Positions 26,458-39,171 of a DNA stretch of 64,000 bases are shown here, piece after piece. The first letter of the stretch is position 1. Each line of letters opens with the position of its first letter. Made by a program: the position numbers and the translations under genes. The DNA is taken from contig OX597839.1 in NCBI GenBank assembly GCA_951406725.2, positions 40,734,001 to 40,798,000 on the forward strand, read 5' to 3'. The notes under the pieces were generated by a model, which ran no database searches, was not told the DNA's origin, and was given only the letters and a program-made list of their open reading frames with translations. Source of the DNA: Octopus vulgaris. Its lineage: Eukaryota.

Positions 26458-27246
26458 AAAAAAGAAGTTTGAAAACGCCACTATATTAGATAAATTTTAA
26501 TTTTCTTATAATATCAAAAATATTATAAAAAGTGTAATGGAGAAGAAAAGTGTAATGGAGAAGTTCATAATCGTTTCTAACTGGTCTCAATAGAATCCAT
26601 GTTCTTGAAAAAACGAACCTTATCAAAAATATTATACAAAGTGAAAATTGAAAAATTCTTAATCGTTTCTTACTGCTCTCAATAGAATCCATGTGGTGGT
26701 GTTTTGTCGGGAGTTGGTATAATCGCTATATTCCTGTTGAGTGTATTGAAGAAGTCCATTATTGTTTCTTGCTGGTATTGAAAGGAGCCGCTTTTTTTGT
26801 TACCTTGTGTTCCAATGGTAGCAACAGTAGTGATTGTTGGTCGTAATTTGGGCAACCTTGGTGGTGGTTGGGGTTAGTAGTAGAGGGCTGTTGATCGTAG
26901 CAGCAAAAGTGGTGGGTTCACTGGCACTGTTCACTGACGTCACATAATTCCAAACCAATCAAAACCAAACTTCAATGAATACAAGGTAAAGACCCCCAAC
27001 TGTATCCTGTAAGGAAACCAACCAAGTAGAACGACATGCTTGATCACGGAAGAAAAACGTCATCAATTTTTTAACGAATCAAAATCAGATATGCTCGCAG
27101 AAAAAAATTTCTTTATAAATTCATTTTTCCCTAAAACATACCACTGCAAGCGGGAGTGACTGTTTAAAGATCTGAGAAATTGTAATTCCACAATTGTAAT
27201 TGTGGTAGAATTTCATTTTTCCTTTTCGGAAGACCAATGTTTTGTT

Positions 27247-27504
27247 TTAATATCCCTGGCCCAGGGTGTTCAAACTTGGTCTAAATTTTTTGATGGAATA
27301 AAGTTCTTTGTTTTGGCGTTGGGTGAAGGTTACGCTGTCACTGAATTTGTAAAGTGGGTAAGTTGTAATTTTCGGATTTTCATTTGTAGCACATCTATCT
27401 ATGTGTCCGCTGACCGGTATTTTCCGGTATTCAGGGTTTCTAATTTGGGATTTATGCACCGCCATCCTTTCACGTAAGCTATTTTTTGTATGGCCTATAT
27501 ACTG

Positions 27505-27510
<6 letters not shown>
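27247..27510 (-). mobile_element. Penelope-like element GIY-YIG endonuclease C-terminal fragment
   Basis: QYIGHTKNSLRERMAVHKSQIR...VSGHIDRC...RQNKELYSIKKFRPSLN carries the YIG, R..H, E and N motifs. Confidence 0.85.
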
Positions 27511-27572
<62 letters not shown>

Positions 27573-27584
27573 GCCTATATACTG

Positions 27585-27650
<66 letters not shown>

Positions 27651-27810
27651 TAAGCAACAAGTTGATTAGCCACATAACGAAAGTTTAGAAATAGCAGTCA
27701 AAGACTGGTTATTCCTATTTACTACAAATATAGCTCCACATATAACATTTACTTGTAACTCACATATGCAAAAAGAAGGAAAAATAACGAAAACAAACAG
27801 TCTTCGGTCA

Positions 27811-27869
27811 GTTGTGGACGCGTTTCTGGGTTAGAATTATCCATAACTCATTCCCGTCCTCAGCACAAC
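27811..27869 (-). ncRNA. Minimal type I hammerhead ribozyme of the Penelope-associated type
   Basis: guugug-CUGAGGA-cGGG..GAGUUA(ugga)UAAUUC..CCCa-GAAA-CGCG-U-C-cacaac: 6-bp helix I and palindromic CGCG loop III. Confidence 0.8.
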
Positions 27870-28354
27870 AATCCAATAAATAGTAGATTTGCAAATGCTA
27901 TTAACCTACCTCTTACATCCCGATCCCGCGCCATCGGAGCTAGCAGGAGATAGTCAGCACAAACTAAATCCATATAGACGAATGAATTCGTATTTTCCCT
28001 CCAAGATTACCATGTGTGTTACGAAATAGTCCCGCAGAAAGAGATGAGTGGTTTCTTATAAGATAGTGAACAATTCTATTGTTAATAATATAAGGGTAAA
28101 TAATTATTAATTTTAAAATTTAATAATTATTACCAAGTAGGTTCGGTATACTCTTTACTCTCTTTTACTTGTTTCAGTCATTTGACTGCGGCCATGTTGG
28201 AGCACCGCCTTTAAACGAGCAACTCGACCCCGGGACTTATTCTTTTGTAAGCGCAGTACTTATTCTATCGGTCTCTTTTGCCGAACCGCTAAGTAACGAA
28301 AATATAACCTTACGATCGTGAACCTAATGCCCTAACCACTAATCCACGCCCCTT

Positions 28355-28447
<93 letters not shown>

Positions 28448-28450
<3 letters not shown>

Positions 28451-28834
28451 TTTATTCTTCTATTGGTTTCAGTTCATTTGACTGCAGCCATGCTGGAGTA
28501 CCGCCTTTAATTGAGCAAATCAACCCCCAAGACTTTGTAAGCCTAGGACTTAGTTATCGGTCTCTTTTGATGATCCGCTATGTTACGGGGACGTAAACAC
28601 AGCAGCATCGGTTGTCAAGCTTTGGTGGATGGGTCAAACATATATGCATATATATATATATATATATACGACGGGCTTCTTTCAGTTTTCGTCTACCAAA
28701 TCCACTCACAAGGCTTTGGTCGGCCCGAGGCCGAATAGGAGAAGACACTTGCCCAAGATGCCGCGCAGTGGGGATGAACCCGGAACCATGTGGTTGGTAA
28801 GTAAGCTTCTTACCAAACAGCCACGCCTGCGCCT
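28448..28834 (-). mobile_element. SINE family B, full length (a further 3' fragment lies at 28151-28300)
   Basis: Family B head through tail on the minus strand. Confidence 0.9.
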
Positions 28835-28973
28835 ATGTATATACGTTGCCTTCTGGGTACCTTCACAGCCTAATCAAATAGACGGCAATTATATATTAAT
28901 ACATACAATCATGGACACATTCTTACACAAACACACACACACGCATACTTTAATGTATGCATATATATATATA

Positions 28974-29017
<44 letters not shown>

Positions 29018-29086
29018 CAATGTTATTACCTATTCAGACGTGCTTGTGACATGTTTGTCCTATTATTATACATTTATGCATATGTT

Positions 29087-29147
<61 letters not shown>

Positions 29148-29187
29148 GTATGTATATATATATGTGCGTGTGTGATATGTACACATG

Positions 29188-29229
<42 letters not shown>

Positions 29230-29231
29230 CA

Positions 29232-29278
<47 letters not shown>

Positions 29279-29536
29279 TCATATACACACACACTCATAC
29301 ATGTGTATACTATGAGAGAGATAGAGAAGGAGAGATTGAGTAAAGGTGAGAAGTTCAATGGATATATTTAGCGTTACGATACAGATCACATTCGACCATT
29401 TTGTTTGTGCATATATTTTGTATATAAACAAATAATATACATTTATAAATACATACAAAAATGCTTACATATACATTTTGTATCTATGTATGCATGTATG
29501 TACAAATATTTATTTATACAAACATATTTATATATT

Positions 29537-30101
29537 TTGGGTTGTCCGGAAAGTTCGTGCCGATTTATGGTAGCTTACCTTTCGACTTATTTTAGAATAT
29601 GGTTGAGTCCATAAAATAGGATTTGACTACACCTCCGTTTAGAGCACAGTTTAAGCTATCTTTTCGTGGAAGAAGATTTATGTTCCTATAACCTGTGTTA
29701 ATTCTGTAACCCTTTAAAATGGAAGATAAGAAAGTTCATTTTCGGCACTTGATGCTTTGGGAACCAGACAAAAATTGCTGCACCTCGGCTGGAATATGTT
29801 ACCCCACCCTCCATATTCACCAGATATTGCTCCTTCGGATTTCCACTTATTCAGGTCTTGCAGAATAGTTTTAATAGTAAAAATTTCAATTCCTTGGATG
29901 ACGTAATAAGATACCTTGATGAATTCTTTGCCATGAAACCACCTCAATTCTGGGAAGAGGGTATTTTCAAGTTAAAGGAAAGATGGAGACGCATTGTGCA
30001 ACAAAATGGTTCATATTTGGTTGATTAAAAATGTAATGGCAAGTATTTATTGACCTTTTTCTTTCCTTTAAACCTCTGCATGAACTTTCCGGACAACCCA
30101 A
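29537..30101 (+). mobile_element. Internally deleted mariner (DD34D-type) element with both TIRs
   Basis: TIRs ttgggttgtccggaaagttcgtgc / gcatgaactttccggacaacccaa followed by TA; MEDKKVHFRHLMLWE (ATG at 29719) joined to RQKLLHLGWNMLPHPPYSPDIAPSDFHLF...FWEEGIFKLKERWRRIVQQNGSYLVD*. Confidence 0.93.
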
Positions 30102-30236
30102 TATTTCAAGAATGCTTATTCCTGTGTGTGTTTAAAATGACTGTCATCGTATCGTTGTTGATCCTATACGTCGTATTAATATGTGCATGTATCTGTGCAT
30201 GTGTTTGCGTATATATGTCTGTGTGTTCTTGTGTGC

Positions 30237-30311
<75 letters not shown>

Positions 30312-30314
<3 letters not shown>

Positions 30315-30537
30315 TTCTTTACTACCCACAAGGGGCTAAACATAGAGGAGACAAACAAGGACAGACAAACGGATTAAGTCGATTCCATTGACCCCAGTGC
30401 GTGACTGGTACTTAATTTATCGACCCCGAAAGGATGAAAGGCAAAGTCAACCTCGGCGGAATTTGAACTCAGAACGTAACGGCAGACGAAATACGGCTAC
30501 GCATTTCGCCCGGCGTGTTAACGTTTCTGCCAGCTCG
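30312..30537 (-). mobile_element. SINE family A, full length
   Basis: Near-identical to the copy at 15745. Confidence 0.92.
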
Positions 30538-30899
30538 TTTCTGCCTTCTTTATATATGTATATATATATACAGGAGATATATACACACACAAACAATACA
30601 TATTTATCTGATTCTATCTGGTTTATATTTCTGCATATTTTACTCTGGCTGTCTCTTTTGCTCTTCTCCCTTTGAGTTACTTGCCTTAGCGTGACGCTAA
30701 ATATAGGTAGAAACGTACTTACGTACTATTGTATTCATAATTTAGAAGACAATGAACATCAGATTAACACCTGATAAGACTTTACCATGATTTATTTCGC
30801 ATATTCTGCACTTCTATGTTGATATTTGACTTGCGTCTTCTTGAGTAAATCTTCCCATTTCTTCTGTAGAATATTATATAAGATGAAAGTATTATCAAC

Positions 30900-31079
30900 T
30901 AACGTTTTTCTATCAAATCTTTTTTATATTAATTTGCTAATAGGTCTTGTTATTTCTTCAATATCTATTAAATATATAAGGTACACCCGCTTCCAGTTCC
31001 TCTTGTGGTTCAGGAATGATCGGACCATTACTCCAATTAAAACGTAACCGCCACTTTTCTTGGATATTTGTATCATATG

Positions 31080-31161
<82 letters not shown>

Positions 31162-31165
31162 CATA

Positions 31166-31224
<59 letters not shown>

Positions 31225-31229
31225 CATCA

Positions 31230-31273
<44 letters not shown>

Positions 31274-31321
31274 GTTATTATTGCTATTATTATTGTTATT
31301 ATTGTTATTGTTGTTGTTATT

Positions 31322-31378
<57 letters not shown>

Positions 31379-31439
31379 GTTATTATTGCTATTATTATTG
31401 TTATTATTGCTATTATTATTGTTATTATTGTTATTGTTG

Positions 31440-31489
<50 letters not shown>

Positions 31490-31498
31490 ATTATTATT

Positions 31499-31542
<44 letters not shown>

Positions 31543-31635
31543 CATTATTATCATTATTATTATTATTATTATTGTTGTTGTTATTATTATTATTATTATC
31601 ATTATTATTATTATTATTATCATCATAATTACCAC

Positions 31636-31680
<45 letters not shown>

Positions 31681-31691
31681 TATTATTATTA

Positions 31692-31749
<58 letters not shown>

Positions 31750-32400
31750 CATTATCACCAGTTCTTTCATCATTACTAAATACATATGGCCTTGCCTCTT
31801 TTGATCTCTTTTACTTCGCTTGTAATCTCATCTCATTTATTATTTCATAAGCTTTTGTGATTCCTCTTTTCTCTTGTCAGATTCAGCAATTTATCTCCTT
31901 CAGCATCTTTCACTTCCAAGAACCTTACATTCACTATTCATGAACACCTTCTTTTTTTTCTACTCCCTTTCTCTATTTCGACTCCGATATCCAGCTATTT
32001 CCGCTTTAAGGCTCATCGTATTCCCTCTCAAATTTTCAACAATTCACGTCAGTTTTGTCCCTTCCATATCTCAATATCTTGCTCTGTTTGATTCGAAATC
32101 CTTTCCTCTGTATTTTTTTTTCTCTTCTTCTGTCCAAAACAATTTTCGTTACATTCTACTATATATTTCCTTTACATTCTTCTATACGCCATTGATGCTT
32201 ACATCATTTTCATCTATAGCCTTAAGCGCTACAAATTGATTTAGATATTCAATTTCAAAGTCATCTTAACATCTAACGTCTTCCAACTCCTCTGTATCAA
32301 ACACTAGTGCAACCATTCTTTTATTCTTCAGCCTTTAGCTTTCACTGAAATATTCTTTTGCTAACACATTCCCACACCCGTCGACACCCGATAACTGAAC
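30900..32400 (-). mobile_element. Ancient RTE-like LINE remnant (EN-RT linker region) interrupted by a ~675-bp (TAA)n array at 31082-31756
   Basis: Patchy translations FDTEELED..FEIEYLNQFVALK..KNVKEIY, KAYEIINEM, IQEKWRLRFN and IEEITRPISKL, with many stops. Confidence 0.4.
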
Positions 32401-32581
32401 CTCGTTACATTCGTTCCTATATTAAAGATTATATTTTTTTATGTTTTCGATTTATCAAAATAAAATCTATTTGACTATACATTATGCTAAAGGACTTGGT
32501 CCAGTAGTTTACGTTGTTAAGTTCATGATAATAACGCTGTGGGTTCGATCACTAGGCTAAGTGGAGCAGTATATATATATA

Positions 32582-32956
32582 CGAGCAAAACACCCCCCAC
32601 CACCACGTCCAACGGACGGTGCTGAGTTGTCAAACATCTAGACCAAATTTTCTCAAAACAACTTTTCCGACCGTCCCATAGGCCTCCCCTTTGAGAAACA
32701 TTGATTTAACTTAAATTTGAGACACCAGCAAAAGACGGATTTCGACTTAAATACTTGCGCGTACAAATTCACGTTCCCACGGCTTTATCGATTGTATTCT
32801 CACCTGGAATCAATTTTTATAATTTTTTCAAGACTTATACACGCCTTGATATGGAGATACCGTCGGTATCCCCATATCAAATTTGAGCGCAATCGGATGG
32901 AGGATGCCCGAGATCCTAGAAGACACACACTCAGACAAACAGAACGGATTTTATAT

Positions 32957-32960
<4 letters not shown>
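32582..32960 (-). mobile_element. Non-autonomous Helitron-like element, degraded
   Basis: CTCG(for CTAG)|T end with a nearby cgtcc-aac-ggacg hairpin; the other end caaatttgagcgcaatcgg...cagacaaacag..ttttata resembles the other Helitron-like copies. Confidence 0.5.
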
Positions 32961-32993
<33 letters not shown>

Positions 32994-33038
32994 CTGTGTG
33001 TGTGTGTAATATAATATGTGACAATTATTCGGTTGCCA

Positions 33039-33089
33039 TAATAAAAGTTCGAGTTTCGGAAATCTGCTGCGGCATCTCGTCAGTTATTA
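33039..33089 (-). ncRNA. Type I hammerhead-like motif, paralog of 26275-26344, helix II partly deleted
   Basis: uaauaa-CUGACGA-gaugccg..uucc-GAAA-cucgaac-U-U-uuauua; shares the flank aatatgtgacaattattcggt. Confidence 0.55.
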
Positions 33090-33862
33090 AGACAAGAATT
33101 CCCAGTAAATCTGTAAATGTCCATATTTTGAAAGAACCACCTATAACAAAATTGGTTACACAGATGCTGCACAATGAATTTTTAAGAAATCTGGACATCT
33201 TTCTTACTGCTAACCATTCAACTTCATATTACAATTGCTAATTGCTGGAAGTCAAATAAACTGAGATGTACATATAGTGTTATTGTTTAGAGTGGAAGTT
33301 TAATACGAAGATTTGAACTCATTATCTTGTGGTTGGTCATCCACTACCTTAAATTTGAAGCCATTGAGTCTTTAACCGTTACTTTACTTGGTTTAGTCAT
33401 TCGATTGTCGCTATGGTGGTGTATCGCATTAAAAAATTTTATTGATCATACTGACTTCAGCACGTATTTCATTCTGGCATTTATTTTCGTTAGCATTTCC
33501 AAGACCCCCTATGCCCATGTCGATCTTTTCCTTGTCTTCCAATCTCTTGCTCTATCATTTGCGTTTCATCAATAACATTTTTCATATCTCTTGCAGGAAT
33601 GTTATCAATTCTTTCGCGCAGAAATTGATAAAGATAATCCTTTGATAATCTTTTCCTGCATCAGTTGCTGCAACTATAGAAGCGTAACAAACAATAATGG
33701 GAAGGCGCGGCGTGTCCTTGTAGAATCATATTCTGAGTTCAAAACTCCACCGCGATAAAATAAGTATCATCCAAGCAGTACGATCAGCATCAATCTACTT
33801 AGCTCCTCCCCTCAAATTGCTGCCCTTATGCAAAATTTTGAAACCGTTGTTGCTGCAGCTGC

Positions 33863-33908
<46 letters not shown>

Positions 33909-34192
33909 GCTGTCGTTATTGTTTCTGCTGTTGTTGCGGCTGTTATTAAGATTTAACCGATTCCATCGCTCCCGATGCTGTTTCGTCTTCCAGAAATCAT
34001 AAACGCTATTATTTCTATCCCTGCAAACGAGTTGCAGTGGACTTTGGAAAGAATAGAACCAACAGTAATTTTTTCATGGCAGGAAGGGCAGTTGAGAATG
34101 CATAATGGTTTCCAGTATACAAGCATTCATACATACAATACATATAAACAAAATAAGTACCTGCCTTAATAATAATAATAATAATAATAATG

Positions 34193-34253
<61 letters not shown>

Positions 34254-34433
34254 TAATAATAATAATGATAATAATAGACACATATATATACAGATATACA
34301 CATATATACACACATATATATACATACAAACATATATATATACATATATATATATTTCAATATGTGACCTCGTGAGTACCGTTGGCGATTTTTTTCCTCT
34401 ATCTTCCCTTCTCGGGATCTTTCCTTCTCCTAT

Positions 34434-34468
34434 GTTTCCGACGAAGAGCTCCGCTCGAAACGTTAAAC
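34434..34468 (+). ncRNA. Minimal variant hammerhead-like motif within a ~210-bp (TA)n-bounded repeat unit
   Basis: guuu-CCGACGA-A-GAGC(ucc)GCUC-GAAA-CG-U-U-aaac; the unit's tail recurs in reverse at 26161-26232. Confidence 0.6.
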
Positions 34469-34581
34469 CCTCCTTCTTCCCTTCTTTCCAGAGCATCCAA
34501 TAATACTTTATTTGTTCCACGTCCTCGCGTTGTTGTGTTTTTTGTGCTTTCTTGTTTGGATTAACTTTATATATATATATA

Positions 34582-34935
34582 CTAGCAGTATCGCCCGGCG
34601 CTTTACGACGTTGATTTCCTTACACTCCCTCCCCCACAGCTTCACGAGGGAGGGAAGAAGGGGGATAAGCAAACAGGTGCAGGTGTGACCATGGACGCCA
34701 ACTCCGCCGCCATCGACACACGAAAAATTATGCATTAAAATGGAATAAAAAATTATGTTAAATTATTTTTAAAATCGTAGACTCATCGTAGACGCGCGCT
34801 AATAGCCAGACGGGCTCGATATGAATCACGACTATAAGATACCCGAATTTGGTTAAACTGCACCGCAAAATGTGGGAGTAGTTAGGAATCTAAATCGAAG
34901 GGGACAGACACTCACACAACTACAGTTTTATATAT
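34582..34935 (-). mobile_element. Non-autonomous Helitron-like element
   Basis: a|ctagcagtatcgcccggcg terminus; body shared with 52178-52484. Confidence 0.75.
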
Positions 34936-35670
34936 ATATATATATATATACGTATGCATGTATATAGACATATGTATATGCACATATAGTAAGCGTGTCT
35001 ATATTTGCATGTGTACATTAGTATGTTACGTATGGAGACATATATATATATATACGTATGTGTCACCACATGTGTCCACGCATTTTGTATTTACGTATAT
35101 TGCTATGTATGTACCTTTGTAGCTATTTATATATCTTATGCATCTGTATACCTGTGTATGCAAGTATATAAACAGGATGATTACGGTTAAACCGCTTTTG
35201 ATCATAAGTCCGCTTGATTGTTACAAACAAGAAAGCCAGCAGCAACAACAACAAGAACATCAGCAACAACACGTTTCTCAAGATTTGATTGGTCTCTTCA
35301 ACGTGATTAAAGACAGAGAATAATCCACAGACTTCTGCTTAGTTGTCCACATCAAACAACTGGAGTAATGACGGCCATATGAAAGACGCCGACATTCAAG
35401 AAAGTTTAGCAAGCAATAACGAAATACTTTCTAAGGCTACTTAGAGTGTCTCAAGTACTGTCAATTTTTTTTTTCGCACATATTATACGTGGAAAGCTAA
35501 AAGAGAAGGAAAGCTCTTCACAAATATTTGAAATAATAAAATAACTGTATGTCAAGTGTGTTGGGAGTTCGACTTAAGTGTAGAATGAGTAACAGAGGAG
35601 ACAGGTATAGAACACGGATAACGTGAAACATAGATGCTACGTTGTAAGGTGGGAAGATATACATACATAC

Positions 35671-35835
<165 letters not shown>

Positions 35836-36151
35836 TAGATATAGATATAGATATATATATGTATATATGTATTTATATATGCATATACATATATACATAT
35901 ATACATATATGTGTATATATATATGCATATATATATATACATATATGTATATATATATATATGTATATATGTGTCTATATATGTGTATATATATACATAT
36001 ATATATGTAAGTACGTATGGACGTATGTGTACATATATATATGATTTCAATACGGAGACAATAATTAAGAAGAAAAATATTTGCGAAGATATCATTGGCT
36101 CTATTATCATCTACTGTAACAATTATAGATATATATGTATATGTTCATATG

Positions 36152-36205
<54 letters not shown>

Positions 36206-36634
36206 AATAAGAAAATGGAGGAACAGATTCATTTCAATCATCGACATACAGATATTACCAATTCATATCATTTATTAACTACATAAATAGGAACATCCAA
36301 ATCCAACAAAGCAAAACAATATACATCAATATGTAAGATAATAATACCATAAGAATAATACACATAAAATGGATCTTACAGCTGTTTCAGCCAATAGATA
36401 AATGTATCTCATTCTGCCTGTATTAGTCAGATGTATTGAGGTAATATGCAGTTAAAAATGAGTTACTTATATATGCATCTCAATATATATATACCACATA
36501 GCCACGCCTAATAATAGGAATTTTGAAATGGTTATAAGGATCTAACTGAGAAAAATAGAAACCAAAGGTATCCATAGGTTTTAAAAAATGGTTGAGAAAC
36601 TTTGGCCTCCAATACGCCCTTCACTAACACTGCA

Positions 36635-37012
36635 ACATTGTTTCGCGTTCAGTCTCATTGCGTGGCACCTTGGGCAAGTGTCTTCTACTATAGCCTTCGG
36701 GCCGACCAAAGCCTTGTGAATGGATTTGGTAGACGGAAAACTGAAAGAAGCCCGTCGTGTGTGTGTGTGTGTGTGTGTATGCATGGTACTCCGTCGATGA
36801 CGCCGAAGTTTGTGTGTCTGTGTTTGTCCCTCCACTATCGCTTGACAACCGATGTTGGTGTGCTTAGGTCTCCGTAACCAAGTGGTTCGGCAAAAGCGTC
36901 CGATAGAATAAGTACCAGGTTTACAAAGAATAATTCCTGGGGTCGAACTGTTCAACTAAAAAGGCGGTGCTCCAGCACGGCCGTAGTCAAACGACTGAAA
37001 CAAATAAAAGAA
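36635..37012 (+). mobile_element. SINE family B
   Basis: gcgtggcaccttgggcaagtgtcttctactatagcc...gactgaaacaaataaaaga. Confidence 0.9.
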
Positions 37013-37485
37013 CGACTAAAAGAAAAGAACCACTACAGAAATACACTGCATTTCTGACACTACAACACTGCACTAAACTGCAATAAAGTCGATCACCATA
37101 CCACCGCTAAGTCATTAATTATTCGTCAGCGATATAGAAACCGTTCTAGACGGAACAGCACATTTGAAGTACACCATGTACTTGTAACTTCGATATCTAA
37201 GCCATCGCCGTTCCACAATCATCGCCGACAAAGCAGCACCGCTAATATTTACACGGACACCACCAGCACCAACACTACCACCACCACCACAACAACAATC
37301 CTTTTCGTCACCGCCGCTGCCACCACCACCAGCACCACCAATCACAAGATGTTGGCAAACAAATATGGCTGGAAGACATCCATATTTTAATAAAACATAA
37401 CAAGAACTGCAACGTTTGATAACAGCAATGAGATTATATTTTGATATTTCTGTAGTGCTGACTATATAACACACACACACACACA

Positions 37486-37586
<101 letters not shown>

Positions 37587-37751
37587 ATGTGTGTGTATAT
37601 GAACAAGTTTTCATGTAAGCGTACATACTTGTATATACATACACACGCACACATACACTCACACACTGAGTAATTATTATTATTTTTTTTATTACTCCTG
37701 TAATTATTTGCATTATCATCATCATCATCATCATTATTATTTTACTCAGGG

Positions 37752-37793
<42 letters not shown>

Positions 37794-37819
37794 CATACAT
37801 ACATACATACATACATACA

Positions 37820-37894
<75 letters not shown>

Positions 37895-37983
37895 ATGTAT
37901 GTATGTATGTATGTATGTATGTATGTATGTATGTATGTATGTATTATGTATTATGTATTTATGTATTTATGTATGTGTGTATG

Positions 37984-39171
37984 CTATTCTATTGAAGCCG
38001 AAAACAACTTCAGAAACTTTTTCTCAGAGTTTCGCACTACCGTTCGTGAGACACTAGTGATTACACTGGCTAATTAATAAATTGGCCATCAGATTTCTCA
38101 ATAGTTCATCATAGGTGTTCTCTTTTTCACTAATCTTCAGCTTTATGTTAACATCCGCCGGACAACTAATTTCTACAATTGTGCACAGTTTCTCTCATTA
38201 TATCAGGTCTGTTGTGCTTACATTCTATTGGGATCTTCACTGGGACATTCCACCAGTGTTCTTTTTCATTATGGGTGGCTATGGCTTCTACCATAATGTA
38301 GTTTTTATTTCTTTGTCCTCAGGCTTATCCTTCCGACGGTTTTCATTATAGAGTGTCCTAGCTACAACGTCATGTCTCATCGGTAGATAATACTGTGATT
38401 AGATTTTCGGACAATTGCTTATGATGTGGGTGATATCTTCAATGTGAATTCCTTAAAGTCTGCATTGGTTGTCACACTTTACTACTTTTCCTGTATCTCT
38501 ATCCCTTTTGTGCATCAGGTATTTGGTTGATATTTCCTCTTCTTGGATTACAAACGCATACCCTTCAAAGTGGGAGGTAGTAATCCCGCTATTGGTCCCT
38601 GATAAACTGCTTTAATGATCGATGTTACTGTCATCTCGGAGCTTTCTACTAACATATCCATGCATAGTCTTCTGCTCATATAGGCTCATCCTTTCATCTG
38701 ATGATACGTTGCGGTAGAATCGTGCGACTTCTTTGGACATGTATTCTAGGTTATCAGACAAAGAATGTTGCTCAAGGAGCTGCCTTCCAAGTCTTATGAT
38801 ATCATCAGCCTCATGTATGCAAACTTGGTCAAGGCATGAAAATTCGACACTTGGTGGTTAGAATACGTTGCCGAAGGAATATGATACGACTTTCAAAGGT
38901 GTTTTGGATCGATGTTAAGCCTTTGTCGCCTTGCTTTTGTTTTAGGTAGAGGCGATCTACGTCACCGTTTTACGTGGAGATTATGTGTGCTTGTTAGTAT
39001 TGTTTGGGTTTTCACATCAATGACTCGGATCTCATCAAACGTCCAATCAAGCAGCCCAAATGTTGGTATGAGTTCTGGCACTGCAAACACATTGTGGGCC
39101 AGTGTTTTATTGAATGCAGAGAGTGCTGAGGTGTACATTTTCTTTATTCGGCCATAATATTCTTTAGTGAC
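37984..39171 (-). mobile_element. Degraded 5'-truncated R4-clade RLE retrotransposon of a second family, flanked by (CATA)n
   Basis: KEYYGRIKKMYTSALSAFNK..NVFAVP, DVDRLYLKQKQGDKGL, SHFEGYAFVIQEEEISTKY, CRL*GIHIEDITHIISNC, MRHDVVA, WWNVPV..HNRPDI, IVEISCPADVNI..EKENTY; several stops and frameshifts. Confidence 0.85.

Noticed and set aside
35265-35305. Minus-strand UUGAAGA...GAAACGUGU
   Set aside because: No convincing helix I or helix II
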